64,000 nucleotides of DNA from Mobula hypostoma (taxonomy: Eukaryota), in the NCBI RefSeq assembly GCF_963921235.1, contig NC_086097.1, positions 228,782,001 through 228,846,000 on the forward strand, written 5' to 3'. Position numbers and translations under genes: made by a program. Under the pieces are notes generated by a model. It saw only the letters and a list, made by a program, of their open reading frames with translations, was not told the DNA's origin and did not search any database. Below, piece by piece: positions 13,568 to 26,460 of the stretch. Positions within the stretch are counted from its first letter, which is position 1; every line of letters starts with the position of its first letter.

Positions 13568-14129
13568 ATATAAAGTAGTTTATATTAGAAATGTATCCAA
13601 AATGGCGCTGGTGAAACATGGCAACATTTTATGGGCAGCTTACAAAAGTTCTAAATATACTTCTTCTAAAGTACTCACACCGAAATCTGCAGTCTGTACT
13701 TTCCCTTTAAGTAACATATTTTTGAACCAGCTTAACGAACTATCAATTTCGTTGAACTGCTGCTGCTAAGTTAACAAATTTCATGACACATGCTGGTGAT
13801 AATAAACCTGATTCTGATTCTGACATTTCATGGTTCTCAGAGGTAGCAGTCTTGACACACTCTTGTTCCCCCAACCTGGAACATCTAATGATGAAGTGCT
13901 GACCATTCTACTTACCGAGAGAGTTCTCCTCCGTGATCCTGACTATGGTTTACATGCCGCCAAAGGCCGACGTTAAGCAAGTACTTGAGGTATTGAGTGC
14001 AGTGATTAGCATACAAGAAATTGTCTACACCTTCAAATCATTGTCGAGACTTCAATCAAGCTTGTTTAAAGAAATCACTGTCCAATTATCATCAATGTTC
14101 TGATGACATCTTGCCTGCCATAGTCCCAA

Positions 14130-16822
14130 GAATCATCAGATTGTATAGAGGGAGAGAGAGTTTAAAAGAAGCGAGTGGGGGCAGTCGGCACACTTTGCGT
14201 GCCACTGTACTGAGGAGCCATCGAATTGTATAGAGGGAAAGGCAGTTTAAAAGAAGCAAGCAGGGGCAGTCGGCACACTTTGCGCATCAGAGTTCCCGAG
14301 GAGACGTTGGATTATGCAAGGTCCAATAAAAGAAGTTAGGTTTAAGTGGAGCAGCCATTGTGTGATTGGGCCAGTGTTGGAGTGGGGAGTTGAGGCTTCA
14401 GCGAGGAGAGGTGTAGACTGCAGGTGATTTTTTTTTTTTATTATTTATTCTTTCTTTCTTTCTTATTGCCAGACAGGATAGTGAAATGCTCTTCTTTTGG
14501 GATGCAGGAAGGCAGGGAGACCTCCAGTGATCCTAACAACAACATATGCAAGAAGTGCATCCAGCTGCAGCCTCTTTCAGGCTGTGCTAAGGAATTGGAG
14601 CTGGAGCTGGATGAACTCCATGACACAGGGAGGTAATTACTTCCAAGGTGCAGGACACTGGTTGATTGTCAATAGTGGGATAGGCAGCCAGAGCAGAGTA
14701 CCCCTGTAGCCGTTCTCCTCAGTAATAAGCATACCACTTTGAATACTGCTGGGGGATAGCCCAGCAGAAGAATAGAGATCATCTTGATGGCATCAGAAAG
14801 GATCTGGCAAGTGTGGACAGGGACAGGTTGTTTTCTGGCAAAGGTGTACTTGGCAAGTGGGAAGCCTTCAAAAGTGTAATTCTGAGGGTACAGAGTTTGC
14901 ATGTTCCTGTCGGAATAAAAGGCAATAATAGTAGGTTTATAGGACCTTAGTTTTTGAGAGATATTGAGACCTTGGTCAAGAGAAAAAGGAGGTATGTAGC
15001 AGGTGTAGGTAGGCAAGAACAAATGGGGTACTTGAGGAGTATAAGAAACGCAACAGAACCTGAACGGGAAATCAGGAGAACAAAAAGAAGGCATGAGGTT
15101 GCTCTAGCAGACGAGGTGAAGGAGAATCCTAAGGGCTTCTACAGATATATATTAAGAAAAAAATGAAATGCAAGGGTCAAGACTGGTCCTCTGGAAGATC
15201 AAAGTGGTAATCTATGTGTGGAGCAAAAAGAGATGAGGGAGATCTTAAATGGATTTTTGCAACTCGGGAGATAGACATAGAGTCTATAAATGTGTAACAA
15301 TGAGCAGAGAGGACATGGACCCTATACAGATTACAGAGTAGGAGGTGTTTGAGTCAAGGGAAATTAGGGTGGATAAATCCCCAGTGCCTGACAGGGTGTT
15401 CCTCTGGGCCCTGTGGGAGGCTAATGCAGAAATTGCAGGGGCCCTAGTGGAGATATTAATAACATCATTAGCCACAGGTGAGGTGCCAGAGCATTGGAGG
15501 CTAGCTTATGCTGTTCTGTTGTTTAGGAAAGGATCTAAAGCCAGGAAATTATAGGCCAGTGAGTCTGACATCAATAGTGAGAAAGTTATTGGAACGTATT
15601 CTAAGGAACCGGATATACAAATACTTGGATAGACAGGGACTAATTAGTCAAAATGGCTTTGGGTGCGGAAAGTTGTGTCTAATGAATCTTATAGAGTTTT
15701 TCAAGGAAGTTTCCAGGAAAGTTGATGAAGACAAGGCAGTGGATATTATCTACATGGACTTTAGCAAGGCCTTTGACAAGTTTCTACATGGGAACTTAGT
15801 CAAGAAGGTTCAGTTGCTTAGCATTCAAGCTGAGGTAGCAATTGGATTAGACATTGGCTTTGCAGAAGAAACCAGGGAGTGTTTGTAGATGTTTACCTTT
15901 CTGACTGGACACCTGTGACAAGTGGTGTGCAGATGATACCAAGATTGGGGGTGTACTGGACAGCGAGGGAGACTATCATAGCTTGCAGCAGGATCTGGTC
16001 CAGCTGGAAAAATGGGCTGAAAAATGACAGATCAGATTTAATGCAGTCAAGTGTGAGATACTGGACTTTCAGAAGACCAACCAGAGTAGGTCTTACACAT
16101 TGAGCACTAGGACACTGAGGAATGCGGTAGAACAGAGGGATCTGGGGATACAGATCCATAATTCATTGACAATGACGTCACAAGTAAATAGGGTCATAAA
16201 TAAAGCTTTTGCCACATTGGCCTCATAAATCAATGTATTGAGTAGCAGAGATGGGATGTTGTGTTGAAATTGTTGAGGCCTAATTCAGAGTATTGTGTGC
16301 AGTTTCAGTCACCTACCTACAGGAAGGATGTCAATAAGGTTGAAAGAGTGCAGAGAAAATTTACCAGGATGTTGCCACGTCTTGAGGACCCGAGTTACCG
16401 GGAAATACTGAATAAGTTAAGACTTTATTCCTTGGAACATAGAAGATTGAGGGGAGATTTGATAGATGTATACAAAATTATGAGGGGTATAGATAGGGTA
16501 AATACAAGCAGGTTTTTTCCTCTGAGGTTGAGTGAGGTTACAACTAGAGGTAATGAGTTAAGGGTGAAAGGTGAAACGTTTATTGGCAACATGAGGGGGA
16601 TCTTCTTCTCTCAGAGGGTGGTCAGAGTGTGGATTGAACTGCCAGTGCAAGTGGTGGATGCAAGGTTGATTTCAACATCTAAGATCGATTTGTATAGGTA
16701 CATAGATGAGGGGGATATGGAGGGCTATGGTCCAGGGGCAGGCTGCTGGGACTAGGCAGATTAATGGTTCAGCATAGAACGGATGGGCTGAAGGGCCTGT
16801 TTCTGTGCTGTAGTGTTTTATG
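14130..16822 (+). mobile_element. CR1 LINE, long degraded copy (5'UTR, ORF1 zinc-finger remnant, ORF2 RT)
   Basis: CSSFGM...ICKKCIQLQ ORF1 remnant; GNYRPVSLTS, YMDFSKAFDK and RPNSEYCVQF ORF2 motifs, with many frameshifts and deletions. Confidence 0.85.
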
Positions 16823-16834
16823 ACTAACATATCA

Positions 16835-19752
16835 CCTGCAGTACAAGGGGTCCCAACACACTGAACCACTATTCTACTATGATCAGGAATGCCTACTGTT
16901 CCAGCCCTAGACCACACTTCGGGAAAATTACCCATCAGGCTATCCTACCTGCATGCAGGCAGAGGCTAAACAGCAAGACTCCAGAGATAAGGACAACAAA
17001 GAAGTGGACATGGGGGTCAGAGGAGCATCTCTCTGGTTGCTTCAAGTCAGTAGACTGGGCCATGTCCGAGGGTTCATCGGAGAATCTGAACAAATACACC
17101 ACGGTAGTCATGGACTTTATAAAAACAGATGAGTGTGTCCCCACAAAACCATTCAGTCATACCAGAACTCTGTATGAACCAAGAGGTCCACAGTCTACTG
17201 AGGGCCAGATCAGGGGCATTCAGGTCTGGCGACCAAGTAAAACACAAGAGGTCCAGGTACAACTTCTGGAAAGCCATATCACAGATGGAGTGGCAATTCC
17301 AGACCAAACTTGAATCACCGAATGATGCTTGACAGCGATGGCAAAGCTTGAATGGTGTCACCTCCTACAAAGTAAAACCAAACGACATAGCTGACAACGA
17401 GGCTTCGCTCCCAGAGGAGTTCAATGCCTTTTATGCTTGTTTTGAATGTCAAAACTTGGAGGAACCTTCACGAATTCCCACTGCCATGACAACCCTGTGC
17501 TTTCAGTCTCTGATGTCAACATAAGAACATCCTTCAGGAGGGTGAACCCATGGAAAGCATCCAACCCAGTCTGGGTACATGGCCGAGTACTGAAGCCTTG
17601 TGCCATTCCACTAGCTGGTGTGTTCATCTTTAACCTCTCACTTCAGCAGTCTGAGATACCTGCCTGCTTCAAACAGGATTCAATTATACCAGTGCCTCAG
17701 AAGAACATGGTAATTTACCCCAATGACTGTCGTCCAGTTGCAATTACATCCACTTTCATAAAGTGTTTAGAGAGGTTGGTGATGAAACTCCTGAGGAGTG
17801 ACTTTGATCTGCTCCAATTTGCCAATTGTCACAACAGGTCAACAGCAGATGCCATTTCATTGGCTCTTCACTCAATCCTGGAACATCTGGATAGTGAAGA
17901 TGCATGCATCTGCATACTCTTCATTGCCTACAGCTCAGCATTCAGCGCTATCGTCCTCTCAAAACTAATCCATAAGTTCCAAGACCTGGGCCTCAGAACC
18001 TTCTTGTGGCAACATCTCCTCCACAATCATCATCAGCACTTAACCCCTGCTTAACAGTTATTAACCCCAGCTCTACTCACTTTTTACAAGTGATGTAAGG
18101 CTGAGCACAGCTCCAATGCCATATTTAAGTGTGGGGACGACACCACTGTCTTAGGCTGAATCAAAGGTGGTGATGAATCAGCATATAGAAGGAAGATGAA
18201 AATCTGGCTGAGTGGTGCCGTAACAACAACCTCTTACTCAATGTCAACAAGACAAAGTGCCTGATTATTGGCTTCAGGGGGAGGAAACACGAGGTCGACG
18301 AGCCACTCCTCACTGGGGGAATCAGAGCTAGAGAGGGTCAACAATTTTAAATTCCTCAGTGTCATCATGTCAGAGGATCTACTGTGGGTCCCAGCATGTA
18401 AGAGCAATTATGACAAAAGCACAGCAGCACCTCTACTTCCTTAGAATTTTGCAAAGATTCGGCATGTCATCTAAAACTTCATCAAACTTCTGTGGATGTA
18501 TGGTGGAGAGTATATTGACTGGTTGCATCACAGCCTGGTATGGAAACGCCAATGCTCTTGAACAGAAAATCCAACAAAAAGTAGTGGATAAGTAATGGGT
18601 AAAGCTCTTCCAACCACTGAGCACATCTACAAGAAGTGGTGATGTTGCAGGAAAGCAACACGCATCTTCAAGGACCCTCACCACCCAGGCCATGTTCTCT
18701 TCTCACTGCTGCCATCAAGCAGGAGGGACAGAAGCCTCAGGACCCACACCACCAGGTTCAGGAACAGTTATTACTCCAAAGCCATCAGGCTCTTGAACCA
18801 GAGGGGTTAACTTCACATAACCACTCAGCCCAATACGAACCCATCCCACAACCTATGGATAGAACATAGAACATAGAAAAGTACAGTACAGTACAGGCCC
18901 TTAGGCCCACAATGTTGTGCTGACCCTCAAACCCTGCCTCCCATATAAGCCCCCACCTTAAATTCCTCCATATACCTGTCTAGTAGTCTCTTAAACTTCA
19001 CTAGTGTATCTGCCTCCACCACTGACTCAGGCAGTGCATTCCATGCACCAACCACTCTCTGAGTAAAAAACCTTCCTCTAATATCCCCCTTGAACTTCCC
19101 ACCCCTTACCTTAAAGCCATGTCCTCTTGTATTGAGCAGTGGTGCCCTGGGGAAGAGGCGCTGGCTATCCACTCTATCTATTCCTCTTATTATCTTGTAC
19201 ACCTCTATCATGTCTCCTCTCATCCTCCTTCTCTCCAAAGAGTAAAGCCCTAGCTCCTTTAATCTCTGATGATAATGCATACTTTCTAAACCAGGCAGCA
19301 TCCTGGTAAATCTCCTCTGTACCCTTTCCAATGCTTTCACATCCTTCCTATAGTGAGGTGACCAGAACTGGATACAGTACTCCAAGTGTGGCCTAACCAG
19401 AGTTTTATAGAGCTGCATCATTACATCGCGACTCTTAAACTCTATCCCTCGACTTATGAAATATAACACCCCATAAGCTTTCTTAACTACCCTATCCACC
19501 TGTGAGGCAACTTTCAGGGATCTGTGGACATGTACCCCGAGATCCCCCTGCTCCTCCACACTACCAAGTATCCTGCCACTTTCAAGGACTCTTCATCTCA
19601 TGTTCTCAATAGATATTGTTTGTTTGTTTATTTATTTATTATATTTCTTTATATTTACTCTGAATGCCCAAAACAGAATGGATTTCAGGGTCGTATATGG
19701 TGACATGTATGTACTTTGAAAATAAATCTACTTTGAACATTAAAACTTTGAA
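16835..19752 (+). mobile_element. Rex1/Babar LINE (RT pseudogene), 3' end interrupted by CR1
   Basis: ORF 17446-18054 PACFKQDSIIPVPQK...DCRPVAITS...STADAISLALH...FIAYSSAF; C-terminus ESILTGCITAWYG; the 3'UTR resumes at 19579 and ends in a TTTGAAC tail. Confidence 0.85.
18860..19578 (-). mobile_element. Young CR1 LINE 3' portion
   Basis: Uninterrupted 210-aa ORF 18927-19559, very similar to the copy at 44413-45186; (TTCTATG)n tail. Confidence 0.92.
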
Positions 19753-20074
19753 CTTGATCCTACATAATTAAAAACATCCTCAATGCATCTTGCAGGCTTA
19801 CAGGTAAAGTAATATTACAAAGCAGTCATATTCTAAAATAAATGTGTGTATACTTCTGAACAGAATGAGCTGAAAGCTGAATATTTGATCTTAAATAATC
19901 ACACCTGCTATTTGGATATGCCTGTCTGTGTCAGGAACTGAACTTCATACCAATTAGTATGAGTGATGGAGATAGCTCTGCTCCATGGACTTATATCCAC
20001 AGGGAATTACATTGAAAATGATCGATACATCTGAGGAACCTTGAAAGTGATTGGAGAAACAAGATCTCCCTCAC

Positions 20075-20172
20075 ATCTGAGCACATGTCGCAGAGGTAAG
20101 AGACTGAGCTTCTGAAATCTGCATTGCACACCCAGTCATGTGACAGAATCATTTTGGAAATTGATAAATCTC
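20075..20172 (-). CDS. Candidate exon
   Basis: TTTCATTACACAG acceptor, GAT|GTGAGG donor; DLSISKMILSHDWVCNADFRSSVSYLCDMCSD; phase 1 to 0. Confidence 0.18.
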
Positions 20173-20809
20173 CTGTGTAATGAAATGTATTCCCTCCAAA
20201 GTGGATAGTCCGTTTAGTATACAGTCTTACCATACTCCTCAGACCCCCCACACTCAGCATGCACACATACAATCTTCAATATCCTGATGGTTATGCAAAA
20301 CGATCCCTTCAGCCCCATCTCCCATCTGGAGTGATTGAAACAAAGGCAATGTCATCTCGGATTCCTGCCAAGAGAGCTCATGACCTGATGGGATACGAAA
20401 GTAATGTGAGCAGCTCCTGTATGCAAAAGATTTTGGTGTCAGGCACCCTGTCATACTGTATACAGTGTTTCTGGGTAGATACGTATCAGAGATAATTGCC
20501 TTTAGCGTTGCAGGGTGAGAGACAGCTCATTAAAGTTGGTGCAGCCAATTGATTTGATTTGCTGCACAGAGAACCGTTCATTTCAGGAAGCATTGTTCGC
20601 TCTCCGGTGTCTCCAGCGATTATTGTTTCAGTTGCTCTTTCATTTGACTGCCAGCCCAATAAAATCTTATAAATGGTGTTTGATCACAAACATGTTGGAC
20701 ATGACTCAGGAAAGAATTTAATCCATGTCAGTGTCGATTTAAAGATTAGTGCAATCAAAACTTTCACATGGACTAAATCCAGACAACTGACACCAAATTA
20801 AATATTTTC

Positions 20810-21870
20810 ACGGACCTTGGGAAGGTTGAATAGGTTAGGACTTTATCCCCTGGAGTGCAGGAGACTGAGAGGAAATTTGACAGTGGTATACAAAATTGTG
20901 TGAGATATTGATAGAGTAAATGCAAGCAGGTGTTTTCCACTGAGGGTGGGTGAGTCTAGATTTAGAGGTCATGGGTTACAGGTGAAAGGTGAAATATTTT
21001 AAGGGGAACATCTTCACTCAGAGGGTGGTGAGAATGTGGAACAAGCTGCTGGTGGAAGAGATGCATGCGGGTTTGATTTCAACATGAGAGAAATTTGGGT
21101 AGGTACATAAATGACCTGGATGAGGAAGTGGAGGGATGGGTTAGTAAATTTGCTGATGAAACAAAGGTTGGAGGTGTTGTGGATAGTGTGGAGGGTTGTC
21201 AGAGGTTACAGCAGGACATTGATAGGATGCAAAACTGGGTTGAGAAGTGGCAGATGGAGTTCAACCCAGATAAGTGTGAGGTGGTTCATTTTGGTGGTCA
21301 AATATGATAGCAGAATACAGCATTAATGGTAGGACTCTTGGCAGTGTGGAGGATCAGAGGGATCTTGGGGTCCAAGTCCATAGGACACTCAAAGCTGTTA
21401 CGCAGGATGATTCTGTGGCTAAGAAGGCATATGGTGCATTGGCCTTCATCAATTGTGGGATTGAGTTTAAGAGTAATGTTGCAACTATACAGGACCCTGG
21501 TCAGACCCCACTTAGAGTACTGTGACCTCAATTCTGGTCACCTCACCACAGGAAAGACGTGGAAACCATAGAAAGGGTGCAGAGGAGATTTACAAGGATG
21601 TTGCCTGGATTGGGGAGCATGCCTTATGAGAATAGGTTGAGTGAACTCGGCCTTTTCTCTTTGAAGCGACGAAGGATGAGAGGTGACCTGATAGAGGTGT
21701 ACAAGATAATGAGAGGCATTGATCATGTGGATAGTCAGAAGCTTTTTCCCCAGGGCTGAAATGGCTAGCACGAGAGGGCATATTTTTAAGGTGCTTGGAA
21801 GTAGGTACAAAGGAGATGTCAAGGGTAAATTTTTTACGCAGAGAGTGGTGAGTGCGTGGAATGGGCTGCC
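20810..21870 (+). mobile_element. Two adjacent CR1 fragments
   Basis: Old 3' piece at 20810-21105, then [23 protein letters not shown]...ERVQRRFTRMLPG at 21106-21870. Confidence 0.85.
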
Positions 21871-22242
21871 TTCTCAACTTATCTCCTTACCTGCCTATCT
21901 CCTCCCTCTCATGCTCCTCCCGCTTTTCTTTCTTCCATGGCCTTCTGTCCTCTCCTATCAGATTCCCCCTTCTCCAGCCCTGTATCTCTTTCACCAATCA
22001 ACTTCCTAGCTCTTTACTTCACACCCCCCCCCCCACCATTTCATCTATCACCTTGTGTTTCTTCATCCCCTCCCCCCAACTTCTAACTCTGGCTCCTCAT
22101 CTTTTTTCCTTCAGTCCTGATGAAGGGTCTTGGCTCAAAACGTCGACCATACTCTTTTCCATCGATGCTACCTGGCCTGCTGAGTTCCTCCAGCATTTTG
22201 AGTGTGTTGCTTGGATTCCCAGCATCTGCAGATTTTCTCTTG
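21871..22242 (+). mobile_element. Penelope-like 3' region/pLTR with degenerate hammerhead
   Basis: AGTCCTGATGAAGGGTCTTGGCTCAAAACGTCGACC at ~22113-22148 (GAAA changed to AAAA), followed by the shared pLTR end ...CCAGCATCTGCAGA. Confidence 0.75.
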
Positions 22243-22816
22243 CATATTATGATTGATCTGTATCCAAATGCTGCCATACAGTATTCCTTAATAATGGAAC
22301 CATATGAATGTCAGTCTTGAAGTCTCCAGTTGCCTCAGTGTCTGACAATGAGCAATGATATCATTTACAAAGGAGCTGCACTAGAAGCTTTGGAGGATTA
22401 AAAAAAGCACTGTTTCGATTGGAGACTGCACTTTAAAGGTGATGAGAAGAGGAAGCTGGAGAAGTTAAACCCCAGAGAGGTAAATACATTGGTGCAACAA
22501 GTTCAATGACCTCACACTAGTGGTTGAGGTCAATAAATTCATCTTCAGCTGCCAGTTCCCACCATCTGCATTATTAGCCTTATCCATGACACAGTACTCC
22601 ATACTCCCATTACTCCCCTACCAATCATCTTTATCACGATTCATGCCCTCTTCATCCTCACACATGCAAGCCTCACACCTTGAACACACTGAAAGCTATT
22701 CGGCCAATGAGCCACGTTAACCAAACCGGTTCCGTCATACATAGTGACATGTTTTCAGCTCTCAGAAAGACTGTGGACTTGCCAATATGCAGATGAGATG
22801 TGCTGCAAGTACTCAC

Positions 22817-22868
22817 TTGCCCTTTCTTTGCCATGAGTGCTTCTGTGCTGATCAGACGAGTGCATAAA
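22817..22868 (-). CDS. Candidate exon
   Basis: CTAATGTCTGCTTTATAG acceptor with branch-point-like CTAAT, CAA|GTGAGT donor; two frames open. Confidence 0.22.
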
Positions 22869-22902
22869 CTATAAAGCAGACATTAGAGGCAAAGCACACG
22901 TC

Positions 22903-23215
22903 TTTAGGACAAGAGGGCACAACTTCAGGTTTGAAGGACGTCCATTTAGAACAGAGATGCGGAGAAATTACGTTAGTCAGAGAGTGGTAAATCTGTGGAA
23001 TTCGTTGCCACGAGTGGCTGTGGAGGCCAAGTCACTGGGTGTATTTAAGGCAGCGATAGACAGGTTCTTGATTAGCCAGGGCATCAAAGGGTATGGGGAG
23101 AAGGGAGGGAAGTGGGAATGACTGGAAGAATTGGATGAGCCATGACTGAATGGTGGAGCAGACTCGATGAGCCAAATGGCCTACTTCTGCTCCTATATCC
23201 TATGGTCTTATGATC
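22903..23215 (+). mobile_element. CR1 3' fragment
   Basis: RTRGHN...SQRVVNLWNSLP motif and TATGGTCTTATG tail. Confidence 0.8.
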
Positions 23216-24009
23216 TTATTACGGTCCTAGAACTTCAAGGGAGGACTTGTGTTTCTTCTGCTACCCAACCACCATTCCCATTTCCAACACCATGACCCCA
23301 CCAGTCACAATTTTAAATTAATTTTACGTATAATTTGTCCCAGCTCCCAAGACAGGTCATTGGCCCAAACTGTTAAAACTACGTGCTGTGTGTCTGCAAC
23401 TTTGCCCCAGAGGAACATTGTTTTGCTTGGCTATATTCATGTATGGTTGAATGATAATTAAACTTGAACTTAAGTCTATTTCTCTCTCCACAGATGTTGC
23501 CCAACAGGGGAAGTATTTCCAGCATCTTATTAAGATTCATGCCACCTTTCACATTATCCCCTGCTACCTGTTGAATGACTTGGAAAAGGTATTTCAGTGA
23601 ACATAAATTTCAGACCATTAATGTCAAGTGAATCTTATTAAACACACACTGACATTCACAGATTCACAAAATGGTTGCTACTCAGAGGGTGATGATTAAA
23701 CCCATCAAACATGTGAGTGTCATCCAGCTATTCTCACACAGCTGTCCTATCCCTAGTACTTGCTTCTAGATAATTATCTCACTCTCTTTGAGTCTGTATC
23801 TGCTGTCGGCATTGGCAGTGCAATCCAGACTCTTATGTCTCAACGTGCAAAAGAAATTTCTGAGTGTTCCTTTCACTCCTTTTGGCAATCATTTTTCGTC
23901 CGTGTCGTCTAGTCTTGATAACCCAATCACACCTTCAATGTTTCTCTCTCTCTAGTCTCTCTACTCCTCATCATTTCAAATACCTCTATCAGGTTTACAG
24001 AGAGGCCTG

Positions 24010-24165
24010 TTAACTTAACAATCCACACATCTTTGGAGAAAACAGAAGCACCTGAGTAAAAGACCGCACGATCACAAGGAGAATGCACAAGATTCAAGCA
24101 GACAGAACCGAAGGTCAGGATCAGACCCGAATCAACAGCACTACCAGCTACACCACTGTACCAAC
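24010..24165 (-). mobile_element. HE1/V-SINE-like tRNA-derived SINE
   Basis: Minus strand shows an A/B-box-like head and V-core-like CATTCTCCTTGTGATCG...GGTGCTTCTGTTTT. Confidence 0.55.
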
Positions 24166-24272
24166 TTCTTAACACGTGTACTCTATGCCTCTAGTTATAA
24201 AACATTGGGGTCCTTATTCCTTGATCACCATTTTCTCAACTTGCCCTGCACTTTCAACACACTGTGCTCATA

Positions 24273-24905
24273 GACTCAGTCAAAACTTTACTAGGTATCT
24301 CCTGGACCTTATAAAGTGGCCACTGAGTATACGTTCATGGTCTTCTGCTGCTGTAGCCCATCCACTTCAAGGCCCAACATGGTTATGCACTCAGAGATGT
24401 TCTTCCGCACAACACTGCTGCAACACATGGTGATTTGTGTCACTGTCACCTTCCTGCCAGCTTGAACCAGTCTGGCCATTCTCCTCTGACCTGTCCCATT
24501 AACAAAGCCTTTTTGCCCACAGAGCTGCTGCTCACTGGATTTTTTTTTTTGTTTGTCACACCATTCCCTGTAAACTCTAGAACAGCGGCTCCCAACCTGG
24601 GGTCCACGGAGTCCTCAGTCAATGACAGAGGACCATGCCATAAAAAAGGTTGGGAGCCCCTGCTTTAAGGACTGTATTGGATGAAAATCCCAGGAGATCA
24701 GATGTTCAAACCACCAATCATTCCACAGTCAAAGTCCTTCAGATCACATTTCTTCCCCATTCTGATGTTTGGACTGACCAACTGAACCTCTTGACTATGT
24801 CTGCATTCTTTTTATGCATAGAGTTGCTGCCAAATGATTGGCTGATTAGATATTTGTATTTACAAGCAGGAGTATAGGTGTACCTAATAAGGTGGCCACT
24901 GAGTG
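24273..24905. mobile_element. Tc1/mariner non-autonomous element carrying an 80-bp hAT MITE (24583-24662)
   Basis: Ends CTAATAAGGTGGCCACTGAGTG; homologous to 11673-12163 inverted; the insert has CAGCGGCTCCCAACC / GGTTGGGAGCCCCTG TIRs. Confidence 0.7.
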
Positions 24906-26460
24906 CATATTAAGAAAGGCACTTGTTCTAGTACTGACCCCCTGAGGAAATCAGCTTACACTTCTCTTTAGTCCAATAAAAGCTTGAACTACTCTCTCTC
25001 CATTTCTGTACTTAGTTGATTTCCTATTCGTACTGCTGCAGCTCTTTCTACTGCTTCGATTTTGATGATATAGCACTTCATCTACTGGAAACTCATATCT
25101 ACCACATTAACAGCCATCCCTCATTAACCCTCAATAATATATTTCTGTCAGATAGGCACTAGATTTATTTCTGGAACATAAAACCTAAGACTGCACCTTC
25201 CAAGCTGAAGGCTCATACCCCAAAGGGTGGTGAATCTGAGGAATTCATTGCCAAGTCATTGGGTGCATTTAAAGTGACGGTTGATAGGTTCTTGATTAGT
25301 AAGGGTGTCAAAGGTTACGTGGAGAAGGCAGGAGATTGGGATTAAGAGGGATGATGGAATGGCAGAGCAGACTCGATTGGCCAAATGGCCTGATTCTGTT
25401 CCATGTCTTATGGTCTTATGGCCTACACCAGCTAGAAGAGCAAGGCCAGCAAAACCATGGGAACACCACCAGAGGAAGTTTCCCTTCAAATCCGAACCCA
25501 ATCCTGAAATGGAAATATAGCCCTATTCCGCCACCGTCACTGAGCAAAAGTTCGGCAACTCTTTCCATAAACAACATTGTGGATGTAGTCCCACCTCAAG
25601 GACTGCAGCGGCTCAAGAAGGCAGCTCACCATCAGCTTCTCAAAGGCACTTAGGGATGGGCAATTAAATGCTAACTCAGCCTGATGCCCACGTTCCTTCA
25701 ATGAAAAGCTTTTTGTAGCACTGAGATTAAGCCGATTGCTTTTATTCCTGAACACCTTTTTGATCAGGGGTGTAACATCTGGAATTTTCCAGTCATTAGG
25801 CACCACAGCGGAATCTATAAATTAATTTATAGATTTATTGATTAATCTATATAGATTAATTATTCACATCATGAAATAAATTATTAATTAATTGTAGGAC
25901 CTCTGCAATTTCCCCCTTTCTTTCAGCAACCGATGGATCCAAGAAAAGAGGCAAGGTACAACTTATAAAGAGAGCTAGCTCTCCTAATGCCTTCTTCCTT
26001 ATGAAAGCTGATGTAAAGCTTCATTTAGTACTTCAGTCATGCACTCTATCTCCGAAAGTAATTTTCCTTTGATGGATTACTTCTCCTCTTAGAACGCATA
26101 ATATTAAACACAGAACATAGAACAGTATGACACAGGGAAAGGCCTTCAGCTTACGATATCTATGCCAATCATTATGCCAATGATCTATATCCCTCCACTT
26201 GTTTATATGTGCCTGTTTTAATACCTCTAATATGTTCAAAGTTCAATGTAAATTCATTATCAAAATACATATACATCATCATATACAACCTTGAGATTCA
26301 TGCGGGCATAGATAATAAATCCATAATATTGCTATCGTAGTTGCTTTCATCACTTCCTTGGCAGCACATTCCAGCCCTCTAAAGCTATGTTAAAAAAAAG
26401 CTAGCCTCACAAAGAGGACATGAGCTGAGAGTTAAAGGGCAAAAGTTTAGGGGTAAGTTT

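Noticed and set aside
20231..20416. Selenocysteine-containing exon (in-frame TGA in a Cys-rich frame)
   Set aside because: No selenoprotein motif or SECIS recognised, and the intron to the next candidate exon would be only 58 nt.
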